A stretch of 64,000 nt of DNA from Callorhinchus milii (lineage: Eukaryota). The notes beneath the pieces were generated by a model. The model made no database searches and had not been told where the DNA came from. It was given only the letters and a program-made list of their open reading frames with translations. The number at the start of each line of letters is the position of its first letter. Within the stretch, counting starts at the first letter, position 1. This document shows positions 26,355 to 38,130 of this stretch, one piece after another. The DNA lies in NCBI RefSeq assembly GCF_018977255.1, contig NW_024704743.1, positions 51,152,001-51,216,000 of the forward strand, read 5' to 3'. The position numbers and the translations under genes were made by a program.

Positions 26355-26754
26355 ATTCTTGCTTTTGATGTAGCACCCGTAACATAAAAATATCTCAAAG
26401 CACTTCACAGTAATTACTATTGAACATAGTGACTGTATGTTTGTAGTCAAACAAGGCAATGCTGCACAATAGCCATGAAGTGTACCTGCCAACAATCCCC
26501 AAGAATATATCCATGGGTTGTTGGCTAGGACACTAGGAAAAACGCCCTTCTCTTTTTAAATAGTGTCAGAAGCTCTTTAATGTTCATCTGAAAAGACTGA
26601 CAGGAACTTAATGTCTTATCTCAAAGACAGAATTGATAATGAAGTGCCCCCCAGCATTGCACTGATGATTAATTCAAAGGTCCCGATGTGGGGCTTGAAC
26701 CCACAACCTTCTGACCCAGTGTTGAAGGGCTACTAACTGAGCCCTGGCTGACAC
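26355..26754 (-). mobile_element. Near full-length decayed Deu-domain SINE
   Basis: tRNA-like head (gggcttgaacccacaaccttctgac...ctaactgagcc), Deu-like middle (ctttaatgttcatctgaa), and L2-like tail. Confidence 0.7.
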
Positions 26755-29296
26755 CTTGTGTTACCAAGATTGATAAAAATACCAACTAAATTTCAATAAT
26801 ATTCCTTCACCAACCACAATGGATACATTTACCAGAATTTAATTTCATTTCTTCTTTCAACGCGAGTTTCCAGCAGTGGTTATTCAGTAAGAAACACAAC
26901 CATGAGCAGTTGCTCCGGATGCTTTCTCTCCCCTTTCTTCAGGCTATGCTGTAAGCAATGTTTGGAGTCCCTTCATCTACTGCTAACCCAAACAAGATCA
27001 ATTAAGTTAGCAGAGACCAGGGCAGTGGCGGACTGGCTCCCCGAAAGGAGTCGGGATTGTCATGTAAAATGAGGGATACTGATTTGTGTGTGTGTGCATG
27101 GGGGGGGGGGGGGGGGGACAGGGGTGCAAAACGCATAAAATAATGATGTTGCTGTAAAACCAAATTCTGGAGCTATTAATGGGGGTACTCAGGAACCATT
27201 CACAGAGGCACTGGAGAAATGTTCCTATTTCTCATATACCCAGTCTAAACTGGGAACCTCCTGGATCAGTGGGAATCTGCACAAAGCACACAATGAGTTT
27301 GTATACTAATCCATTGGGGGAACCAGAAACTAATCATTTTAAAATGTCAAGAATGTATTTTCTATTGTTGTGGTCTGTGTCCCACAGGCACCAAAGCACT
27401 GGTCAGACATCAATTCAGTATCAGCATTCTGGGGCGAATATAAAATTCGACAAAAGTACCAACAAAACAATGGAAGACGTTGTCTAAACTTTATGATGAT
27501 TAAAACTGGTACAAATGTATAGTAGAAGTGCTTAACTTCACAATCTTATTATTATATGGTGGCACATCCACCAACCCTCTGAAACTGAAGAGTCTTACAG
27601 TTTAACATTATAGATCCATAGTTTGTAGAGAATAACAGACAGTTTGGAGTGTGTTACAATGCTTCAGTACATCAGAAAGGTAAGGTTGTATCATTACTCA
27701 TAAGAGTGGACCTTGAGCAGTTTATTAACTTTACCTCAATCCCAAGATGCCTTATGTCCTTGAAGCACCCTAAATATCAGGTTATTCTATACAACAGGTA
27801 CAAATAGCACTGGGAGGTTGACTTGGATGTATTTTCACTTACCAGAAATGTTTTGACCCTCGGTTAGTTCTCCTCCAGTCAAAGCATCTGGTTTAAGCCA
27901 CACCACTATTGTACCATATGATTTACACTACAATGATATCCCATTTTATTTCACTGATCAGGCTAATAACACTCATTGTACCCGGCATTATTATACTAGT
28001 ATAAAATAGTGTTGTAACAGTGGCTTTGTAATTAATATTGTGTAGATCTTCTGGTTTGTACCTAAAAATAGTCATTGAAAGGAACGCAGTCTGACTTAAA
28101 CATAAAAGGATACAAGAAAATATATTTTTCAGGCAAAATAAGTTTGACATGCTTAGCACATAGCATCCTTAAATTCATTGAAATATATTGTACACAGTCC
28201 ATCTATGTTATGTGTGTGTCACTAAAAGTGTGGTAAAGCTGATATTTAGAGAACACAAACTGCATAACATGCATTTAGTATATAATATATATACTTAGAA
28301 GATATTTTTTTAGCAATTTGCTTGCAGAAATTGGCCTGTGTGCAGCCAAGAGAACAATTAAAACTGAACTGTTTCTGAAACCTATTGAGTCCAACAGTAC
28401 AAAAGATTGCATTACGATTTATTCTTTGTAGCTTGACACTGGCTTCATTTAGGGTAGGGCAGCACTACAGAGGCTGAGACAGGCATACACAGCAGATAGA
28501 CAACCCATGCGGAAAAGATTCATGAAAGTGCAGTCACAACTGCCTAACTGTTAATGGTGGAGAGATCTTGTTGAGCGGTATATGGATCCCACTTTGCCTT
28601 TCACTCTGCAATAACCACAGTGTGTCCAGTGCTCGCAATCAATCAGCCCATCTGATAAGTCGTCAGAATCTCTGAAGTGTTAAATTCCCCTTCTCAGAAG
28701 AGTTTAAATGGGTGAAAGGACAGAGAGAAAAGAGAACGCATTTAGTCTCTGTGGGCCCTGGACTCGGCCTGCTCCAGTCAGATTGTGCCACCACTAACAA
28801 ATCCTATAGCTTTTAATCTGATCATCTGTACTCCAGTTTTCATGCTGTGTTTTCTTCATAGTCCCCTGTACTAGTTCCAGCCTGTGACTGTGCGATAAGA
28901 TGCTGGAAATTTAGTCATCATCTGTGGTGTTAGAGAGCCCAGAGAACAGCTTATGATATTCCCATAACCTTACATTAGATATGGACAGTGGAATCTACTA
29001 TAACGATTACATCCTGTACATTGCTTTTTTTTAAAAAAAAGGTTAGCTTTAAGAGATTATTTTAAATCAAGAGCATTGCAACTTGGTGATTTACAATGAG
29101 GTACGCACACACCCAGGCAGTTTGCCTGCATCTAAGAATATACAACCAGAGTAAGATGAGCAGTATTACAATCCTAGCAGTTTCATGGCTTAGTCAGTTA
29201 TAAATAATGATAGTCTGAAAAAGATGGAACTTCGAGGGCACCAATACACACTACTATGTAACTTACAAAAAAAACTGTTAAACAAGTATGACTGAT

Positions 29297-29394
29297 TTCT
29301 GACGAAGGGTCGTGGACCCGAAACGTTGACTCACTTTCCTTTCTCAATAGATGCTGCCTGACCAGCTGAGTTTTCCCAGCTCTCTCTGTTTTTG
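29297..29394 (+). mobile_element. Short Penelope-type terminal-repeat unit with a minimal hammerhead ribozyme motif
   Basis: CTGACGA-A-GGGTC-GTG-GACCC-GAAA-CGTT at 29299-29327, followed by gatgctgcctgaccagctgag. Direct repeat tgactgatttc at 29289-29299 and 29395-29405. Confidence 0.82.
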
Positions 29395-31510
29395 TGACTG
29401 ATTTCAATACTAATCACTATTCCAAATTATATTTTCTTGCTGAAGCATTAAAATTGCTGTCTGAGAATGCAACTTGGGAGTTATATCCTCATCTCACCCA
29501 TGAGTAATTTGTAACCTTTGAAATATATGACTCTCTAAAACTTATTATTTTCTGCAATTGAACAAAGGCTACAATAATATTTTAAAATCCTTGCTTTTAA
29601 TATAACAATTTTCACCTCGGGCAGACATCTCAAAGCGTTTCACAGCATTTTATTTTAAAGTGTGTATTTTATGGGTACTTATCAGTCACCGCACTGGACT
29701 TCTTTCTGAATTAAAACTGGATTTTCTCAACTGCAATGCTTTATTTGAAGATTGAAACTTTCTCATTACCATCTTTCTTGTCTCTGTTCCTAAAGTTTTA
29801 GCTCAGTTTTTAAAAAAATCCCATTCATTTTGATTCGATAACGATGCCCCCTTATTGTCAATTCCAACACGTTTCTCATTTCTCCTTTTTATTCAATGTT
29901 AATGCAGAGATACACTTTACTGCCATTTTCTTGTCGCTTCAGGTTAACTACACATCAAGGAACATGAAAAGATGTGTAAGCGGGAGTTTTTTCAACCCAT
30001 TAATTCTGGTTATTATCAAGGAATGATCCCATTTTATTGATCGTTCCGAGACCTTCAAGGCTTGTGTAATGCAATAACATTTACAAATAAAAAACAACAG
30101 TGGTTTAGACTACACAATTAAAACATTGCTACTGATCTGTGAGTGCAGAACATTTGCATTTCATCTAAACTCACAGATGTTTGTGTGCTGGGCAACGGAA
30201 TTAAAGAGCCTTTGTCAGTGTTGCCAGAGAGGGAGAAGAGCCAGAACAGCCACATGTTCAATTCTCAGTAATAATGTTTTCAGGATGCACTGTGGCTATT
30301 TGACATGGACCACATCAATGTATCAAATGATAATAATAACCCGGCCACTTTTGCCGGCCACTTTTTCATGGTGATGGTGATCTTTAAAGATCTCCACAAA
30401 GCTCAATTCCACCAGCTTTCACTTCAAAATGTTAACATATCCATTGTACTTTTTTATAGCAAAATAAATTGTCTGGAATATGTCACTGAGTGAAGTGATA
30501 CCATATTGGAATAAAATCTAATTGTCTCTTCTGGATCACGAGCAAGTAAAAAGTAACTTTATCAGGGTCCCCATGTTTATTCAAACGTCTTTTTGTTGAA
30601 AATTTATTTCAGGATTTGTTTGTTGACTTCATCCTTCCAACGTGAAAGGCACTAAATGCATTTTATTGTTGTTGTGGTATATTTTTAACAATGTTAATCC
30701 TTGCATTTGAAATGGCACATTTCACATTGGGAGTACATCTCAGAATGCTTCACAAGATATATTACAAAGTGAATGACTATATTTTGTAGGCAACATTTCT
30801 TAAAGGGAATTTCTTAGTAGCAAATCTGAATCATGAAGTAAAGACTCTTCCTGGTTATGGTAAGTATGTCATGCTGGAAAGTCCCTTCCAAAGCAATCTA
30901 CTTCTGGAATGGAGTTCCTGCAGGTCTAACTGGATTCTATCTGGATTCCTAATTGTGGAATCTCAGCAAGAAATAGTGCAAATTAAACCCCAAGCCTGCG
31001 TTTTAACTAAGATATTTTGCTGATGTCCAATGTAATGCATGACTTTCTTCTCTCTGTATTGTTATTTAGTGGGATGAACAAACTCCTTCAGAGCAGTGGT
31101 GCAAGTTCACTGAATCAAGCTCACTGAACACAGGCCTAATCCAACCCCCAAAATGTGCTGTTCCCACCTCCAGTTTGTGTATCTTACATTTCGCTCCAGC
31201 CCGTGTCTGAAGTAAACCTAAAATAGGTATCTTACGTTTGCCTGACTAGACTGTATTGGGTATTCTCCATTGTGATGTGACGATAATACCACCAGAAGTT
31301 CTATCGCTAACCAATGAAAATGAAGCCACAAAAAGGTTAATGAGCATAATGAGGCAATATGACCCATTGACCTTTATAAGCAGGGTCATGAGATGCCATC
31401 ACCATAGGAACAGGGAAAAGATGCCACAAGAGGAATAAAATCTGCAAAACTTCTTTGGCAGTGAAGACAAACCAAGTGTGGAATCATATTGTATCTGACA
31501 TAAATGCAGA

Positions 31511-31880
31511 GTCTCAGGTGGCTTAGCTGTAGCTCACCTGGCTATGGGTCGGAAGGGTATGGTTTGCACTCCCACACCAAGACTTCAGTCCCTGATTGAG
31601 GATAACACTCTAGTTGAGGAATGAGGGAATACTGCATTGTTTGATATGCCATCCTTCGGATAATCACTGACCTGCATTTTTAGCTGAATGTTAAAGATCC
31701 CGTAGTACTGTTTTGAGGATCAGGGAAAATGGTCATTCATCTCACTATTCTTTGTGGAACTTCTCTGGTATGAATCAATGTGTTTGTTCATACGATCTCC
31801 ATCTTTGACAGCAGACTGTGTTCAACGTAACTCATTGTATTTGAAGCACTTTGGGATACTAAAAGATGATAAGGAATTAC
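31511..31880 (+). mobile_element. Decayed Deu-domain SINE
   Basis: tgagggaatactgcattgt...tgccatccttcggat...gaatgttaaagatccc...gaagcactttgggat. Confidence 0.6.
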
Positions 31881-32009
31881 AAGAGATATTATTAAAATCT
31901 CATTGGTTCCACAAGTTAATAATGAATAATAATAATCTTTGCATTTGATATAGTATTTCCATTGTTAAGAGCCTGGCATGGAGGGGGCTATATAAATGCA
32001 AGTTGTTGT

Positions 32010-32330
32010 TGTTGTACATTATCATGTCATAATATGTCTCAAAGTGTTTTCCAGGAAATACTGCAATGTGGTGTAACTGTGTATTTTGTGAGCAAATACA
32101 GCAGGCAAATTGCACACTGCAATGTGCCACAAACAGCCACAGAGTAACCAATTTTATTTGGACAATTGTTGGCCAGGAGAACTCTCTTCTCTTTTTGAGT
32201 ATTTCCATGGGATCTTTAATATCCACCTGGAGAGGCAGGCGGGACCTCGGTTAACGTCTCATCTGAAGGACGGCACCTTCGACAAATTTCTGACTTGGGT
32301 GAGAGTGCTACCAACTGAGCCAGGCTGACA
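32010..32330 (-). mobile_element. Deu-domain SINE (SacSINE1-like); best-preserved Deu core in the window
   Basis: The reverse complement reads ggtgccgtccttcagatgagacgttaaccgaggtcccgcctgcctctccaggtggatattaaagatcccatgg, the hallmark Deu core. Confidence 0.8.
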
Positions 32331-33901
32331 ATTTGAGGGATCCAATCTCTTCAACCATCATCAATACTGAAGCAAATAAGGTACCCCTCAGTAAATATAA
32401 AATCTGGCAACCTTGAAGGCAACACTATACAGCAATATCCAGCTATTTACTAGGATCCACAGGTCATTCAGGTCCAGGAGGACCAGGCTGGCTGGGGAAC
32501 ATTGATCGAGGCAATCAAGCTCACTCATTTGGCAAGACCTCTAAATGAAATATCAATTTGGTGCTTAGTGGTGTTAATGGTATTCCTTAGCACTAGGGTT
32601 TTTTACCGAGATGAAAATTCAGTTACAGCCAATACTACTACATACAAGGATTTTGTCCTAAATGGGGCAAACGTTCGTTCACCCTAACACTGAACACTCT
32701 GACATTAATTGAAAAATCTAGCCCATTGCTCACCCTAAGTGGATAATTTACTTTCGGAATTCATCAAGAATATATCCATTTTTTTTACCAAAAGGGCACC
32801 TTTTTCCTGATATAATTATGTCAAATATACCCTAATTTCCATTTTATTATAATCAATGTTACAATGAAGTAAAAGTGCGAGAACAGTAATAATGGACAAT
32901 CTAGTTGAAAATCCTATAATTCTGTGTTTTTAACTGGTAACTTGTCTAATCCTGACTTCATAAAAAATGTATAACACTGTGATTTGCAATGATTTTCTGT
33001 CTTTGCCTATTTTCACAGCCTGTAGTCAGTTCACTTTTTCCTTCAATTCGCACACATTCAAAGTCAGATGAAATTAGGCCAAAGCTGTCTCTGTTGTACC
33101 CAGAGTGACAGCGACATCCCCAGCTGCAGGAGTTTGCAGCCAGAATAACCCCTGATTCCTTTTTTCCACCATTAATCTTTTATTAACTAACCAAAACAGC
33201 AAACTTAACATCTAACTGTCCTTATTGGTTTCAGTTTTCATACTTCTGAAGGCAAGCCTGCAGAGAATGTAACATTTCTGAAAGATTTTAAATTAAAAAA
33301 ATCAATTTAACACAGCCTTCTATTTCAAACACGGTTACCTTACTTTCAAGGCATCATGAAAGCCACAGGAGAATGTTTACTGTTGACGCGACGTTGCTGA
33401 ATTGTATTTCATTCTTTTGATTTGTTGTTAAAAAGAAGTTGAACAATAAAATGGAATTTACAGGTCACCAAGTTTGGTGGGAATGATTGGGTTGTGTATA
33501 TACAGAAAGAAGCAATGCTCATTTTCATACATTAATACACAGGTCATAAAGGGATGGAAACTGTTGCAAAATGTCATTGCATATCTCCTAGAGAATCTGC
33601 ACTTTAATAATAACACAAGCCAAAACCATACATACACTATACATTGGCTAGGAGTAACTTTACTGGTTACAATAAATATATACTTCTCACATACATGGCT
33701 GATTGAAAGTGGGAGGGAAGTAAAATGTCATCTTTAAAACAACTCGGCACTAAATTTAAGATGGATTTCTGAAGTATCATACAGGTAAAAGCATCATAAT
33801 GGAAAGATTCCATGGTAAGAAATGTTTTCTTTATCTAATCTCTAATTTTAAATGCACACCCCTGTTAAAGGTCCTATAAACATATCTCTCCAAACTGCAA
33901 T

Positions 33902-34208
33902 TGGAGTCCTGTAACTCAGTGGTTAGAGCGAGACACCTGGGTTCAATTGCAGACAGGGCAAAACCTTGGGCAAGTTTCCTTACTCCACACGCCTATTAAT
34001 TATCCCTCCAAAACAAAACAATAATAAATTCGTCATTTTCAATCCACGACTGTTTGTGGGACACTGCTGTGCGCATCTGGCTGCTGCATTTCGCCCACAA
34101 ATATACAGTCAATTCACTTTGCAGCATAGTCTGTGAAGCGCTTTTAGACGTCTAAAAGATGTGAAAAGCGCTATATCAAATGCAAGGATTATTATTATTA
34201 TTATTATT
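33902..34208 (+). mobile_element. tRNA-Ala SINE, short subfamily, anticodon arm partly deleted
   Basis: Head reads ggttagagcgagacacctggg; the remainder is colinear with the 3428 copy. Confidence 0.9.
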
Positions 34209-35035
34209 AATTGATAAACATCTTTAAATCACTGATTTGCCTGCTCGGTATCCACCACGATATTTATGAAGCACTTTGAGATATCTATTGCATGAACGAT
34301 CCTGTATTATTCCAAGCCAATTATGTTTTGTGAGGTTCGATGTGCTTCGCAATAGGTTTTCAATGCTTCGGATACTTTTATGGTTTCAAACAACTCTCTT
34401 AATCCAAACATCCTTTGCAAAATAAACATCCACTGAAATCATGACCTATTTAATTCACTAGGCATTTGCTAATCTCATTACAGGTCATGATTTTAAGCAG
34501 AATTAATTTGACAAAAAAATGGTTTACTAAAATGGAAGAACAATGTAATAATGTCATATTCTGGCTCGATCAGCACAAACTGAGCAGGAGAAACCATAAT
34601 GGCAGCATGTAGGCTGGGGCATGACACACTATGACTGGCTCTAGGGCTATGCAGAAAACATTGACATTGTCTGGGTTCTGACACTCACCCAGAGAAACTG
34701 AAGCTAATCGAAAGGCAATGCTAGAACACTGGGGTTAAAGGTTGCAAGCCTAATTCAAACCAACACCAAGTATAACAATGAATTCTCTTAATGAGTTAAT
34801 GTTTGAGCACCACAACAGATTTCTTTGCACATATGGCCTGGAAAATATCCCATTCATGATGGTTGTGTTGCCACAGTCATAACTATTTATTTTGTAGCTT
34901 TTGACTATACTGGTTTACATACCATTGTATTTCACTGTTTTGACCAGTGCAATGATTCTAAATGTTTTTTCCAACCGTTCTGTAACATCACTTCCCACTT
35001 GCATCAATCAAGCACAAACTCCCTAAAAACACGAA

Positions 35036-35859
35036 ATGATGACTGAAACAGTGACAATTGAAACAGTGATGACTGAGACAACAATAACACAACTTGCTTT
35101 TACATAACGTCCTTTATGTGGAGCAATGCCTCAGAGTGCTTAACAGTGATGACTGAAACAGCGAGTGACTGAAACAGCGAATGACTGAAACAGCGAGTGA
35201 CTGAAACAGCGAGTGACTGAAACAGCGAGTGACTGAAACAGCGAGTGACTGAAACAGTGATTGACTGAAACAGTGAGTGACTGAAACAGTGAGTGATTGA
35301 AACAGAGAGTGGCTGATACAGTGAATGGCTGATACAGTAAATAACTGAAACAGTGAGTGACTGAAACAGTAAGTGACTGAACCAGTGAGTGATTGAAACA
35401 GTGACAACTGAAACAGTGACTGACTGAAACAGAGAGTGACTGAAACAGTGACAACTGAAACAGTGACTGACTGAAATACCGACTGAAACAGTGGCTGAAA
35501 CAGTAGCTGAAACAGTGAGTGACTTAAACAGTGACAACTGAAACAGTGACTAACTGAAACAGTGAGTAGCCAAAACAGTGAGTTGCTGAAACATTGAGTG
35601 ACTGAAACAGTGACAACTGAAACAGTGGCTGAAACAGTGAGTGACTAAAATAGTCAATGCTGAAACAGTGACAACTGAAACAGTGAGTGACTGAAACAAT
35701 GACAACTAAAACAGTGAGTGACTGAACCAATGAGTGACTGAAACAGTGACTGACTGAAACAGTGAGTAGCTAAACAGTGAGTTGCTGAAACATTGAGTGA
35801 CTGAAACAGTGAGTGACTGAAACAGTGAGTGACTGAAACAGTGAGTGGCTGAAACAGTG
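35036..35859. repeat. Minisatellite: 16-bp unit GACTGAAACAGTGAGT with 14-bp (ACTGAAACAGTGACA-type) and 12-bp variants
   Basis: Directly visible tandem array of roughly 50 units. Interrupted by an L2 tail at about 35078-35141; residual units at 36055-36092. Confidence 0.95.
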
Positions 35860-36055
35860 TCACCCCTTACCTCATATCTTTTAAGGACCCTTTCAAGGTC
35901 CACCTCATGACCTTCCTCTCTGACTGCACCTTCGGCTACTCTTCACATCCTTCGGTCCCCGCCCCTAGCTGTCGTGTAAATCCTGGACTGTCCAGCATCA
36001 TGGGCATCCTCCCAACATGAAAGACGCTACATAAATATAAATGTATTTGTTGTTG
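35860..36055 (+). mobile_element. L2 3' fragment
   Basis: ttcaaggtccacctcatgaccttcctc...ctcccaacatgaaagacgctacataaat...gttgttg. Confidence 0.75.
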
Positions 36056-36811
36056 TAAGTGACTGGTAACAGCAAGCAATGACTGAAACAGTGCAAATAT
36101 TTCCTCAGTGTTTTAAATGATAACACATGTTGCCCTATATTTAAATTTTCCTGCTATCCCTTATGGTTTGCTGCTGAAAAATTGTTCTGATCCATTTTAA
36201 AGAAAATCACTCTTTGGAACTGAGTTTGACTTCTTGTTACAAAGTGCATCCATTACAATCCATTGGTTACAGTGAATGTGAATTTGCTCATATCCTGAGG
36301 CCTCTGATGAGACTAGTCATGTATATGGGAACCAGGAGAGCCAAAACATTTACCCTTCTTCGCCGGTAATGGCCAAAATATCATTCTAAAACAAAAAAAA
36401 TTTAAGTTAAAAATGTCTTTCCCAGCTGATAGAAGTTTTAGAAAAAAATCTGCTTCCCTTAAAAAAAGCAAGATAGCGGAAAGCAAGCAGTTAGCAGAAA
36501 CAGTTCATCTTGCGAGAGACATGTGGAGGTCCAAACAGCCTTTTAACATTAGACTCAAATGAGTACACCTTATAATAACTGTGACATTGAAGGTATTATA
36601 AACCACCACAAATTTATCCCCAAAGGGTCTAATCACTCAACGTACACTGAAATTCAGATTGTCAACAAGACAAATACAAAGACTCAGTTTTATGAGCTGA
36701 ATATTTTACTACTTAACTACTCAGTTATTCAGAATCAGAGATTCAAAGGAATCCTTCCATCTCTCTGTCCATCCACCCTTCCATCTAGCTGTCAGTCAAA
36801 ATTTAAATGCA

Positions 36812-37110
36812 ACAAAAACGGAAGTCGCTGGGAAAACTCAGCAGTTCAGGCAGCATCTATGGAGATAGGAAAGTGAGTCAATGTTTCGGATCCACAACCC
36901 TTCGTCAGAACAGTGACAACTGAAACAATGAGTGACTGAAACAGTGAGGGACTGAAACAGTAAGTGGCTGAAACATTCTGACGAAGGGTCATGGCCCCGA
37001 AACGTTGACTCACATTCCTTTCTCCATAGATGCTGCCTGACCTGCTGAGTGTTCCCAGTGACTTCCGTTTTTGTTTCAGATTTCCAGCATCTGCAGTATT
37101 TTGCGTTTTT
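36812..37110. mobile_element. Penelope-type inverted-repeat insertion with two hammerhead motifs and a minisatellite spacer
   Basis: Left arm 36812-36910 (minus) and right arm 36976-37110 (plus) are inverted copies of the 29297 unit. The spacer at 36911-36975 consists of minisatellite units. Perfect 14-bp TSD aaaatttaaatgca at 36798-36811 and 37111-37124. Confidence 0.88.
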
Positions 37111-37286
37111 AAAATTTAAATGCAGTTGGCTACAAATTTCAGGAAACTTATTTATTTGCCCAAGAAGAAAATTATCACTAGGTCTGTTAATGGACGAAGA
37201 CTGGACTGAACTTGATATTGGTTGATCTAGAATGTACAGCCTGAAATATATTTTTCCCGTAGAAAATAGTCTAGTGGTGCACAAAA

Positions 37287-37536
37287 GCCTGTTCAGGTGG
37301 ACGTTAAAGATCACATGACTCTGGATTCGATAAAAGAAAGGGTTTTCTCTCAGTGTCCTGACCAATAATTCCCCAAATAAAATTGGTCATTTGCTTCACA
37401 GCTGTTTATGGGACATGGATGTATGCAATTGGGCTGTCATGTTTCCCTACAAATACACAGTCACTACTTTATAATGTGTCTTATTCAGCTCTTTGAGATG
37501 TGGAAGACACTATACCAAATGCATGGATTATTATTA
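37287..37536 (+). mobile_element. Deu-domain SINE, 3' half
   Basis: gcctgttcaggtggacgttaaagatcacatg...gtgtcctgaccaat, then aattggtcat...gctgtttatgggacat...aaatgcatggattattatt. Confidence 0.75.
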
Positions 37537-38044
37537 TATTAATGGTGATAGATGGTGCAAATAATTTGTCATTCAATGTGTGCTTTGAGATGTACCCTCA
37601 ACATGAAAGCTGCTATATGAATTTAAATTTGTATTGTCTTGTATGATATTATCACTGTCAGTATACACTAAAATGGTTAATGCCATCAAGTTTGCTTTAT
37701 GTCAAATAGTGAGTCAAATATGTTGCCAGTTCTGAGACTTATAAAACTCTTAATTACAGAGAATGGTTATCTTGAAATATTTTTGGTCAAACTTTTGCTG
37801 TTAGTATGAATAGCAAACACATGCTGAGGCTATGTAAGCCTTGACATTGCACCTTTGGAGTAGAGAGAGTGGGGAATGGTGGTGAAAAAAGTAGCTATGA
37901 TTTACAGTCAAGATCCATTCTATTTTGACAGCACAGTTACAATATGTTTTCTTTTGGTATCCCTCCTACATGCATCAGATTATGACACTTTGCACAAAGG
38001 TATGGATCCCTTATGAGCAAGACCATACTTTTTTTATATATAAG

Positions 38045-38130
38045 AAAGAAAAGAAAATGGTGCATGCTGGAAATATGAAATGAAGCAGAGCATGCTGGAA
38101 ATACATTGGTCGATCAGTTTCTGAAAGAGA
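38045..38130 (-). mobile_element. Degenerate relic of the Penelope-type unit's 3' end
   Basis: aaaatggtgcatgctggaaatatgaaatgaagcagagcatgctggaaatac resembles the reverse complement of 37050-37108. Confidence 0.5.

Noticed and set aside
27024..27212. Possible hAT MITE (cagtggcg...ggcactg) with a ~20-G run
   Set aside because: The terminal match is only about 5 bp and there is no 8-bp TSD. Homopolymer length is unreliable, so no G-quadruplex claim is made.
35100..35903. Overlapping SVTHCFSHSLFQ-type ORFs, or a CRISPR-like array
   Set aside because: The ORFs arise from a stop-free minisatellite strand. Units are contiguous with no unique spacers, there are no cas genes, and the context is eukaryotic.
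36838..37365. 175-aa minus-strand ORF
   Set aside because: A chance read-through of Deu-SINE, Penelope arm and satellite sequence, with no protein-family motif.
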